Below are positions 1 to 9,338 of a stretch of 64,000 nt of DNA, one piece after another. The notes below the pieces were generated by a model. That model saw nothing but the letters and a program-made list of their open reading frames with translations. It did no database searches and was not told the origin of the DNA. The position numbers were made by a program, and so were the translations under genes. The DNA is taken from contig CAVVDA010000006.1 in NCBI GenBank assembly GCA_963746875.1, positions 312,091 through 376,090 of the forward strand. Reading direction: 5' to 3'. Source of the stretch: Thermoanaerobaculia bacterium. Its GTDB lineage: Bacteria > Acidobacteriota > Thermoanaerobaculia > UBA5066. Positions within the stretch are counted from its first letter, which is position 1. Each line of letters opens with the position of its first letter.

Positions 1-155
1 CTCCGAAGGCCACGGAATCTCGCGCGGAGATCGCCGGTGCGCTCGACCATCGCGTCACGCTGCCGCTCGCCGGCCGTGTCGACTCCCTGAACGCGGCCGT
101 CGCCGCGGGCGTCCTCCTTCACATCCTGACGCGCCCGCCCGCTCCAGCGCGGTAG
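1..155 (+). CDS. TrmH/SpoU-family RNA methyltransferase, C-terminal fragment cut by the window edge
   Basis: Manual translation gives SEGHGIS (one indel) then RVTLPLAGRVDSLNAAVAAG, matching SPOUT motifs 2 and 3 (GxEGxG, SLNxxVA). TAG at 153-155. Absent from the ORF track. Confidence 0.8.
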   Translation, partial: PKATESRAEIAGALDHRVTLPLAGRVDSLNAAVAAGVLLHILTRPPAPAR

Positions 156-214
156 AATCGCCCATCGGCCGCGCCCTGCGGGCCGTCATCAAACGAAAAG
201 CGAGGACCTCACCC

Positions 215-950
215 ATGCGGCGAAATCTCATCGTCTCCATTCTTCTTCTGTTTTCGGCGACCCCGGCGCTCGCCGAGGAAGCGCGAAGCCCGCCACCGCG
301 AAAGCGGCTCCCGCCAGGACCGGCTCCGCGAAGGCCGCCGGCGCGGCTCCCGCGACCGAGAGCGCCAAGACGCTCTACGCGATCGGGCTCGTGATGAGCC
401 AGAATCTCGCGACCGTTCAAGCTGACGGCCGCGGAGCTGGCCTCCGTGCAGGAGGGTCTCGCCGACGGCGTCCTCGGCCACACCCCGAAGGTCGACCTCG
501 CTGATGTACGGCCCGAAGCTGCAGGAGTTCGCGAAGGGCCGCCTCGGCGCGGCGGCCGCCGGCGAGAAGAAGGCCGGCGCGGCGTTCCTCGCGAAGGAGG
601 CCGCGGAAAGCGGCACCGTCAAGCAGTCGACGGGCTTCCTCTACAAGGAGATCAAGGCCGGAACGGGCGCGTCGCCGAAGCCGACCGACAAGGTCAAGGT
701 CCACTACCGCGGCACGCTCACGGACGGAACCGTCTTCGACAGCTCCATCGACCGCGGCGAGCCCGTGACGTTCCCGCTGATCGGTGTCATCCCGTGCTGG
801 ACGCAGGGTCTCCAGCTCATGAAGACGGGCGGCAAGGCCCGCCTCGTGTGCCCTTCGGAGCTCGCCTACGGCGACGCGGGAAGCCCCCCGAAGATCAAGG
901 GCGGCGCGACGCTGGTCTTCGAGGTCGAGCTGCTGTCGATCGAGAAGTAG
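215..950 (+). CDS. fkpA: FKBP-type peptidyl-prolyl isomerase (FkpA-like, exported), with indels
   Basis: Signal peptide [20 protein letters not shown] from ATG 215. ORF 504-950 has [32 protein letters not shown] and TLVFEVELL. Confidence 0.9.
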
Positions 951-956
951 ACGCCT

Positions 957-1521
957 TCAAAAGACCTCCGCGGTGAACCGGAGGAGGCGGGGAGGGCTCG
1001 CGGCCTTCCAGCTCTCCTCCGGAAGCCCCGCCCGGAGGCATGCCTGGGACAGGAGGCGCGCGCCGTCCCAGCCGAACGACGCGGCATCCTGAGGCAGGAC
1101 GACTCCGCGGCGTTTCCCTTTCTCGACGACGACGCCATGCAGGCCCGAGACGAGGCGGGAGAGATCTGAGGTTCCCTCGGAGGAAGAGAAGATTTCTTCG
1201 AAGGTGGAGAGGACGGAGATCTCGGGCGCGTAGCGCGGGAGCTCCTTGGCGGTCGCTGGAGGGAACCTCGGGTCGTGCAGGAGCGCCGCCACGGCGTGCT
1301 CCGCGACCTCGGCGGCGAGCCCGCGAGCGGGCTCGGTCGTTCCGCTCCTCCCTCGCGGCCGCCCGTCCCGCTTCCACGTCACAAAGACGGGCGCAGGGCT
1401 GGCCAGCGCGCTTTCCGCAGCGATCACCGGCGGCGGGGATGCTGGAAGTCCCATCGCGCGGGCCGCCGCAGCCAACGCCACCTTTCGAAGAATCCCTCTC
1501 TCCTCTTCCGAAACCATCATC
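957..1521 (-). CDS. AMMECR1-domain protein (AmmeMemoRadiSam protein A-like)
   Basis: VFVTW, DPRFPP, EISVLS, HGVVV..G..RGVVLPQ and RFTAEVF in the C-terminal part of ORF 957-1766. In frame with the upstream hydrolase as assembled. Confidence 0.85.
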
Positions 1522-2161
1522 GCGACAGCCATGGCGGCGAGCGCATCGCCCGCCGCGCTCTCGAACTCGTTCAGGCGGCCCGAAAAGAAGTGGTCGGCTC
1601 CGGGGACCACGAGGAACGTCCAGCCCCGCGCGGCAGCGATCTCGCGGGCGCGCGCGGCGGAGCTGAACTCGTCGTCTTCGCCCTGAATCCACGCGACGTG
1701 CGTGTCCTCGGGGACGACGCCTTCGGGCTCGTCGCGGTCCGTCGGAACTCCGATGAGAAGGAGCACCTGGGGCGCGAGGCGATCGGCCGCCTCTCAGGGC
1801 GCACAGCGACCCGAACGAGAAACCCGCGAGGACGAACGGGCCGTCCGGCTGCCTCGCTCTCAGCCAGCGTCCCGCCGCGACGACGTCTTCCGTTTCGCCG
1901 ACGCCGCCGTCGTACGTCCCCGCGGACGCGCCCACACCCCGGAAATGGAAGCGCAGGGTCGCGAGCGAGAAGCGTCCGGACAGGAGGCGCGCGGTGCGAT
2001 GCACGACCTTCGTGCGCATCGTTCCTCCCGAGCCGGGGATGCGGGTGCGCGACGAGCGCCGCCCCGGCCGGGATCGCCGGCGAACGCAGGAGAGCCTCCA
2101 GGGGGCCCGCGGGACCCGGAATCACGAGCGAAGTGAGCTTCAGGGAAGCCGCCTCCGGCAT
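1516..2161 (-). CDS. Alpha/beta hydrolase, with indels
   Basis: GPAGPLEA, AHPHP, LRFHFRGVGASAG, nucleophile GFSFG, IQGEDDE and GADHFF triad motifs spread over three frames. Confidence 0.85.
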
Positions 2162-2272
2162 CGAAATCGACGTTAGCACGCGACCTTTTCCTCGGGCGCC
2201 CGTTGAATTCCACCGCCCGGGACGGCTATAAGGGAATCCCCCGCGGAAGGACCCTCGCGTCAGGAGCGTGCC

Positions 2273-3331
2273 ATGAAGAACATCGTTCACATCGTCGGGA
2301 CCGGGACGATCGGAGAGCCTCTCATCGGGCTCTTCACGGACTTCAAGCAGCATCTCGGCATCGACGAAGTGACATTTCACAAGCGCACGCCCATGAAGAC
2401 CGAGCGGGCGAAGGTGGCGCACCTCATGTCGCGCGGCGCGCACCTCGCGACCGAGGACGACAAGACCGCGGATTTCGAGGCCCTCGGCCACATGGTCTCC
2501 TACAGCGCGCAGGAGGCCCTCGAGCGCGCGACCGTCGTCATCGACTGCACGCCCGCCGGGAACGACAACAAGGAGGCCTACTACAAGCACCTCAAGGGCC
2601 CCCGCGGCTTCCTCGCGCAGGGCTCGGAGTTCGGCTTCGGCAAGATGTACGCGCGCGGGATCAACGATTCGGCGCTGATCCCGGGCGAGGACCGCTTCCT
2701 GCAGGTCGTCTCGTGCAACACGCACAACCTCGCGATCCTGATCAAGACGCTCGGCATGTCGGGGGACGATCTGGTGATGGACCGCGCGCAATTCGTCTGC
2801 ATGCGGCGCTCGAACGACGTCTCGCAGACGAAGGACTTCAGCCCGGCGCCGATCGTCGGAAAGCACGACGACGAGGAATTCGGAACGCATCATGCCCGGG
2901 ACGTCTTCCATCTCTACGAGACGCTCGGCCTGAAGCCCAAGGTCTTCTCGTCGGCCCTGAAGCTCAACACGCAGTACATGCACTCCGTGTGGTTCAACTT
3001 CGAGCTCACGAAGGCGATCGACAAGAAGACGGTCATCGAGCACCTGAAGGAGAACCCGCTCGTCGCGCTCACCGACAGGAAGAGCGCGAACGAAGTGTTC
3101 TCCTTCGGCCGCGACCACGGGTACTACGGCCGCATCCTCTCGCAGACCGTCATTTCGACGCCCACGCTCGCCGTCGCCGACAAGGGCCGCGAGATCGTGG
3201 GCTTCTGCTTCACGCCGCAGGACGGCAACTCGCTCCTCTCCTCGGTCGCGGGCGCCATCTGGCTCATGGACCCCACGCACGCCTCGGAGCGGATCCAGGT
3301 TCTCAAGCGGTTCGTGTTTCGGGAGATTTGA
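2273..3331 (+). CDS. NAD(P)-dependent dehydrogenase resembling archaeal-type (class II) glyceraldehyde-3-phosphate dehydrogenase
   Basis: Intact 352-aa ORF with RBS AGGAG. Motifs GTGTIG, VIDCTP, AQGSE, VVSCNTH (catalytic Cys), RRSND, THHARDV and QYMH. Confidence 0.75.
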   Translation: MKNIVHIVGTGTIGEPLIGLFTDFKQHLGIDEVTFHKRTPMKTERAKVAHLMSRGAHLATEDDKTADFEALGHMVSYSAQEALERATVVIDCTPAGNDNKEAYYKHLKGPRGFLAQGSEFGFGKMYARGINDSALIPGEDRFLQVVSCNTHNLAILIKTLGMSGDDLVMDRAQFVCMRRSNDVSQTKDFSPAPIVGKHDDEEFGTHHARDVFHLYETLGLKPKVFSSALKLNTQYMHSVWFNFELTKAIDKKTVIEHLKENPLVALTDRKSANEVFSFGRDHGYYGRILSQTVISTPTLAVADKGREIVGFCFTPQDGNSLLSSVAGAIWLMDPTHASERIQVLKRFVFREI

Positions 3332-3425
3332 GGGAAGACAGGAAATGGATCTGAGAGGACAGGAGAAGAGACTGGTCGATAAGCGGACCTGGTTCCGGCG
3401 CATGTCGCGACGTCACGAGCGATCG

Positions 3426-5215
3426 ATGAGCGATCCCTCCGTCTTACCTTCTAAGAAGATCGTTCTCTTCGAACGTTCCATTTCGATCGCGCTTTCCCTC
3501 GTGGCCGCGGCGCTCGTCGTGCACCACATGGCCGGGGATTCGGCGACGACGGACGAGCCCGTGCACATCGCCGCGGGCGTGGAGATCGTCCGGGACGGGA
3601 CGGGGCGGTGGAACCCCGAGCATCCGCCGCTCGCCAAGGCGCTCGCCGGCCTCGCCCTCGCGGGTCTCGACCTCCAGCCTGCCGGCGACCCGATCGCGAA
3701 TTCCTCCCACGCCGGCCTCCTTCTGAGGTTCCTGCACGAAAACCGCACGCCCGGCGAAACGATCCTCTTTCGCGCGCGGCTGCCGTTCGTCGCTCTTTTT
3801 CTCGCCCTGCTCTTCGCCGTGCGGCGGCGAGGCCGGACGCCGCTTCGGCGCGGCCGCGGGCGGCGTGGCACTGGCGTTCGCCGCCCTGGATCCGAACCTC
3901 ATCGCGCATGCCGGCGTCGTCCACACGGACCTCGCCGTCGCTCTCTTCCTCGTCCTGTCTCTCGGCCCCCTCGCACGCATCCCGAACGCGGCCGACCACC
4001 TCGCCCCGATCGCGCTCGGCGTGCTCTGGGGCCTTGCGTTCCTTTCCAAGTACAGTGCGCCGCTGCTCGTGCTCGTGACTCTGCCTCTCATGTTCGCCGG
4101 GTCAAGAGGGATCGGGGATAAATTGCTTAGAAAGGAAAGACAGCCGTCCGCTGACTCCTCTCAACTACGGGCAGGTCTCCCCGGCGGCGACGGCGCCCAT
4201 TCGGCCGCCCATGCAGTTGCTCGCGTGGGCCGGCGTCTCCTGCTATCTACTTTCATAGCATTTCTCGTGGTTCTCTTCGGATTCTTTCTCGCCTATCGAA
4301 ACCAATCAGGCTTCTGATCGGGAGGCGCTCGCCCGAATCGGTTGCTCTTGAAGGGACATTCTCCGGCTCGCCGCCGATTTCGCGATCGGAGCAGGTCGGA
4401 TCTTCCCTCCGCTCGGCCAGGTCGCGACGGGCGTGTCTTCTGTCGCGCTTCAAAACCGGGTCGGCGCGGGCCCGACGTATTTCCTGGGACGCGTCGCCGA
4501 GGGAGGGTCGCCCTGGTACTTCCCCGTGGCATTCCTCGTCAAGGTCTCCCTCGGCCTCCTCGCCGGAGCGGCGCTTGGGGCCTTCTCCCCCGGCGGACGT
4601 CGCTTCGGCCTCGTCGTCGGTGGGGCGCTCGTCGCGTTCTTCGTCCTCTCCGCCGCCTCGGCGTACAACATCGGCGTGAGACATCTCCTCTTCGCCTTTC
4701 CTCTTCTCGCGATCCTCGCGGCTTCGTCCACGCCCCCGGACTCGCGCCCAACGGGTCGGGCGCTTCTCCTCGTGAGTTTTCTAATCGTGGAGGCGATAGA
4801 GGTCCTCGCCGTCCACCCGCACGAGCTCGCGTTCTTCAACGCGGCGGCCGGCGGATCCTCGGGCGGGCGGCGTTTCCTCGTGGACAGCAACCTCGACTGG
4901 GGCCAAGACCTCGCGCGCCTTTCGGCCGCGGCGCCCGCCTATTCCTCCGGTCCGCTCCCGGCGATCGTGTTCGGAGGCGATCTCCCCCGCCGGTATCCCG
5001 GGCTCCGGCCTCTCGCGCCAGGCGACGAAGACCGCCCCGGCGCAGTGATCGCGATCGGAGAGACGCCACTGGCCCTCGGGCCCGAGCTCCTCGCCGCCAG
5101 GGGTTCCGCCAGGGACGCGGAGCGGCTCGCCGGGCTCAGGCGGGCGCTCGGCGGCCGGGGAAGGCGGATCGGAACGATCGGCGGCTCGATCGGAATCTGG
5201 CGGCTGGCCCCATAG
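3426..5215 (+). CDS. GT-C fold membrane glycosyltransferase (ArnT/PMT, GT39/GT83-like), with indels
   Basis: DSATTDEPVH, NPEHPPLAK, HTDL, SKYSA, YNIGVRHLL and DSNLDWGQDL plus many hydrophobic helices across ORFs 3345-4121, 3865-4317 and 4433-5215. Confidence 0.8.
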
Positions 5216-5321
5216 GGCTTGCGAAGCCTGCCGGCACACCCCTGACTCGGTGTCTTCTCCGCCTGATGCTTGACTCGGAGGCCGGGGAGTGGCAGCTTGC
5301 TCCACAGCAGAGGAGCCTCCC

Positions 5322-5777
5322 ATGCGTTCAAGAGCGCGTCGCCTGCCTTTGATTCCTCTCGCCCTCCTCGCCACGATCGTTCCGCTCGCCCTCGGCTGTG
5401 GGAACTCCGACTCCATCACGGGTCCTTCCATGGTCGCCGCTCCGGCCAGCATCGACGGCGCGTGGAGCGGGAGCTTCACGTCCAGCGATTCGGCCGGATG
5501 CGGCAGCTCTTCCGCCACCGCTGTCTTCCGGCAGGAAGGTGCGACCGTCACGGGCGATGTTTCCACCTCGACCTGCGGCGTGACCGGCTACTTCAAGGGC
5601 ACCGTCCAGGGCAGCCAGGTCACCGGGGCCGTTTCGATGGCCGGTTGCCTCGGCGGCGCCGCCTCGGGCACCGTCAGCGGCTCAAGGCTCGTCCTCTCGA
5701 TCGGCGACCTTACCAAGCCCCTCGTCGCCGGCGACAGGACGATCATGTACGGCGGCATCGTCACCTTCCACCGCTGA
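5322..5777 (+). CDS. Hypothetical lipoprotein (Gly/Ser/Thr-rich, beta-rich)
   Basis: RBS AGGAG, ATG 5322, basic N-terminus, hydrophobic stretch, lipobox-like LALGC. Confidence 0.7.
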   Translation: MRSRARRLPLIPLALLATIVPLALGCGNSDSITGPSMVAAPASIDGAWSGSFTSSDSAGCGSSSATAVFRQEGATVTGDVSTSTCGVTGYFKGTVQGSQVTGAVSMAGCLGGAASGTVSGSRLVLSIGDLTKPLVAGDRTIMYGGIVTFHR

Positions 5778-5839
5778 GCGGCTCGCCGGGAGTGTCTTCG
5801 GGCGCGCGGCGCTCGCATGCGCTCCGCCGCAGAGCGGTG

Positions 5840-6367
5840 TCAGAAGGCGGTGCCGGACTTCGAGTAGCTGCCGTGTCCCCCGCCAAACAGCGCCAGCTCG
5901 AGCGAGTGAGAAAAAACCCCGCGCAGCCTCTTGCGCGGGCGCCAGACACCTTTGCGGCCCTGCGAGACGTCCGATGCGGCGAGAAAGAAGGCGAAGCACG
6001 CGCAAGTGGGCCGCCAGTCAAACGCGCAGAGCTTGAAGACATGGCCGGCACGTGCAGGGTCGCGGGATACATGGACCGGGAGGAACTGGCGCGCCTGAAG
6101 CGAGGCGCTGGCCCCGCCAATCATGCGCGAGCCGAGAGTGACGAGAAACTGCACCGACGTCCGCTCGTGGTTGAGTGGGTGGAGGTGGAGAATGACGGGC
6201 AAACGCGAAGGCTCGGCGACTTCGGCCTTGCCCCAGAACACCGTGGTTCCGGCCCGGACCAACGCGAGGGCGGCAAATGGTTCGTCGGCCTCGACGTGAC
6301 CGCGCCAGCCGGGATTCATGCCCGCTACCGGCGTGCCGGTGAAACGCGCGGAGAGCGACCTGATCAT
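5840..6367 (-). CDS. Hypothetical protein, possibly the last gene of the signalling operon
   Basis: 175-codon open frame whose ATG overlaps the stop of the upstream REC gene (ATGA). Third positions are mostly G/C. No confident family. Confidence 0.35.
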   Translation of the reverse strand: MIRSLSARFTGTPVAGMNPGWRGHVEADEPFAALALVRAGTTVFWGKAEVAEPSRLPVILHLHPLNHERTSVQFLVTLGSRMIGGASASLQARQFLPVHVSRDPARAGHVFKLCAFDWRPTCACFAFFLAASDVSQGRKGVWRPRKRLRGVFSHSLELALFGGGHGSYSKSGTAF

Positions 6368-6829
6368 GAGCTCCTCAGCATCGTCTCGAGGGCCTGCGAG
6401 ATCGACGCCCCGTCCTCGAGCCCGGAGAGCCGGGGCACCCGCCGCCTCAGAGCCTGGAGCCGCTGCGGCTCGACCGCGAAGTCGTACGCGAGAACGACGG
6501 GCACGCCCTCGAGCATCGGGGCGAGCGCGTCGAGGATGTAGAAACCCTGGTGCGTCGCGAGATGGCGCACGGCTCGGACCCGGTCCCCGCCGAAGCGGGC
6601 CACCAGAGCGTTCCGCGTCTCCCGCGAGAGAGGCCTCCGGAGTCCGGTCGAAGACGACGTCGAGGAAGACGGCGTCGGGCCGCTCCGCCGCGAGAGCCGC
6701 GCGGGCCGACTCGAGGTCCCTCGCCCGCACGAACACGGCGTCGAGCCCCCGCACGGCCGCGAGGCGCTCGAAGCCGTCCACGTATTCCGAACCGTCCTCC
6801 ACGACGAGGACGCTGCGGGGCGCGGTCAC
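6364..6829 (-). CDS. Stand-alone atypical response-regulator receiver protein (one indel)
   Basis: SVLVVED, PDAVFLD, QGFYILDAL and VPVVL. GTG start overlaps the kinase stop (GTGA at 6826-6829). Confidence 0.75.
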
Positions 6830-9338
6830 GCGGCTTCCTCCACGGCCGCGAACTCCACCGCGACCCCCTTCGTGAACTCCCCCGTTCCCGGCGTCACGTC
6901 CACGAGTCCGTCCCACCGCCGGACCAGGTCGGCGACGACGCCCGAGGCCGCGCTCGGCGGCCCTCCCCCGGATCATCTCCGCCGTGAGGAGGCGCGGGAT
7001 CTCCGTCGAAGAGCACGAAGCGCGCGAGGGCCTGGCCGGTCACCGGGTCGCGGCGCTCCTCGGCGAGGAGCGCGAGGCGCGGAGCCTGCAGAGCGTTCGC
7101 GAACAGATTCCGCCAGAGAGTGGCCCAGTCCCCCTCCGGGACACGGACGCGCACGCACCGTCCGTCGGCCGCGCCTTCGAACAGTCCCAGGCCCGCGAGC
7201 GGCGGCGCCGCCGCGTCGTGTTCGCGCGCGACGCTCGCGAGGAGCGACGCGAGCCGCTCGAAGCGGGCTTCCGTGGAACCCGCCGCATCGAGCGTCGCCG
7301 TCAGGAGCTGCGCGGTCCGCGGATTGAGCGCCGCGGCGGCCTGGCGAAGCGCCCGGCTCAGTCTTCTCGAGCCGGCGCGGCCGGAGCGAGCCTGTTTCCG
7401 CGAGACGCGCGAGATCGCGCGCCGCCCCTTCCAGGATCTCGAGCGACTTCGAGACCCGGGAAGAGCAGCGGGTCCTTGAATCGCAGGTTCAGGCGCGCGC
7501 CACGGCGGCGTCCCAACGACTCGAGATCGGAAAGAGCCCTCCGCGCCTCGGCGACGAGCCCGGGCGCGCCCGGCGTCCCGTAGAGGCGCTCGACGAGGAG
7601 CGGCGCGGCCCCGGCGAGCCCTTCGTCCGAGCTCAGGCGCTCCACCGCCTCGCCGAGCAGCAGGCCGCCGTGCTTGAACGCCTCGTGAGAGAGGCGACCC
7701 GCCACCGACCTCGCGTCGCGCGTCGCGCCGGGATCGCGTTTCAGCCACTCCTCGAGCGTGAGGCCGATGCGCCTCCTCGCCCACGAGAAGCCGCCCGCCA
7801 GAAGGGCGCACAAGGCGGCGCCGAGCGCGGCGCCTCGCAGCGTGCCCTGCCGCCGCTCTTCGCGCTCGAGGGCCGCCTGCGCCTCCTCGGCATGGACGCC
7901 TCCGGCCGCTTCCGCGAGATAGCGCCGATAAAGCGCCGCGGCGCGCGACGAGCGCCCGTTCGCCCGACGCGATTCGGGCGAGCGCGAAGAGCGCCTCGCG
8001 AGAGCCGGCCTGGTCCGCGTGCTCCCAGGCGATCTCCGCGTCGCGCCCCCGGCCCGCCTGCCGGCCGAGAAGCTCGGCCAGCCGCTCCCATGCGGCCGCG
8101 CGCGACGGGTCGATGGCGACGGCGCGCTTCAGGACCTCCTCGGCGCCGGCCAGGTCGTCGCGCCGCTCGCGCAGCGCGGCGCTGAGCTCGAGGGCCGGCA
8201 CGAAGCGCGGGTCGAGACGTTCGGCCTCGGCGAGCTCGGATTCGGCCGCGTCCCAGTCGCGCGCGTCGGACCGGCCCGCGTAGACCTGCGCGAGTCGGAA
8301 CGCTCCCACCGCGGGAGACGCCGGATCCGACCCGAGAGCCACCGGCTCGGGGCCCGAGGTCCGCGCGAGGCGCGCGCGCAGCCGCTCGCGGAACGAGGCG
8401 GCTTCCGCCCTTTCCCCGGGCGAAGCGAGCGCCCACCACCCGTCGAGCCGCTCGAGGGCGCGCGCGGGGTCTCCCCATGCCGCCCACCGGTTCGCCGCCT
8501 CGCGCTGGAGGCGCGGCAGGTCGGGCCGGAGCGCCACGGCACGGTCGAGAAGCGCGAGCGACTCCTCCTTCGCCGGGCGGTCGGGCTCGTTCCAGAGCAG
8601 ATTCGAGAGGGCGACGAGGGCCTCGAAGCCGTCCGGCTCCGCGGCGAGAGCCGTCCGGTACGCCGCCGCCGCCTCGGCGGTCCGCCCGTTGCGCTCCTCG
8701 ACGCTCCCGAGCGCGAGCGCGGCCTCGGAGTATCCGGGCGAGAGCCGGAGTGCCTTTCGGAACGCCTCGCGCGCGGGCTCGTTCGCCCCGCGCCTCAGCG
8801 CCGTCTTGCCGTCGGCGAAGGCGCGGCGGGCGTCCGCGGAAGGCGGCGCGAATCCGGGTCGAGCCGGGAGCTTTCGCGCCTCGTCCTCGGCGTCGAGCCG
8901 CCGGATGTTCTCGCCGATCCAGTCCGCGCCCGACCGCGCGCGCCTCTGCAGCGCGGCCAGGACGTGCCCGTACTGGAGGATCGCGCCGCGCCGGTCCCCG
9001 CGCGCTTCGGCCTGCCGCGCGAGCACGAGGCGTTCGGCCGGCGAGAGGAGCTCCGGGGCCTCCTTCGCCGCGATCTCGAGGAGGCGCGCCTCGTCGTCCG
9101 TGTCTCCCGCGGCGGCCGCGAGGTCCGCGCCGCGCAAGGCGAGAGCGAGCGACGGAGACGCGAGGCGCGCGCGCCGGACGAAATCCCGCGCCTCGGCGAG
9201 CTCCTCCGGGGCCGGCGTTCCCCCCGCGACGAGATGCTCGGCCTGGCTCGCGAGCGCCGCGGGATCCTCGGCGCAGTCCGTCGCCGGCCTCGGAGTCGCG
9301 GCGAGGAGGACCGGCAGGATCGCCTGCAGCATTCTCAC
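6826..9338 (-). CDS. Membrane sensor histidine kinase-like protein with an extracytoplasmic TPR region, with indels
   Basis: Signal-like N-terminus, TPR repeats (ALRLSPGYSEAALALG, ALAAEPDGFEALVALS), TM segment AALGAALCALLAGGFSW, H-box-like LSHEAFKH, N-box WRNLFANA, FDGDP and RGLGVVADLV. Confidence 0.7.

Noticed and set aside
6041-6541. Plus-strand reading MAGTCRVAGYMDREEL...
   Set aside because: No motifs, it overlaps the REC gene antisense, and codon bias favours the minus-strand frame.
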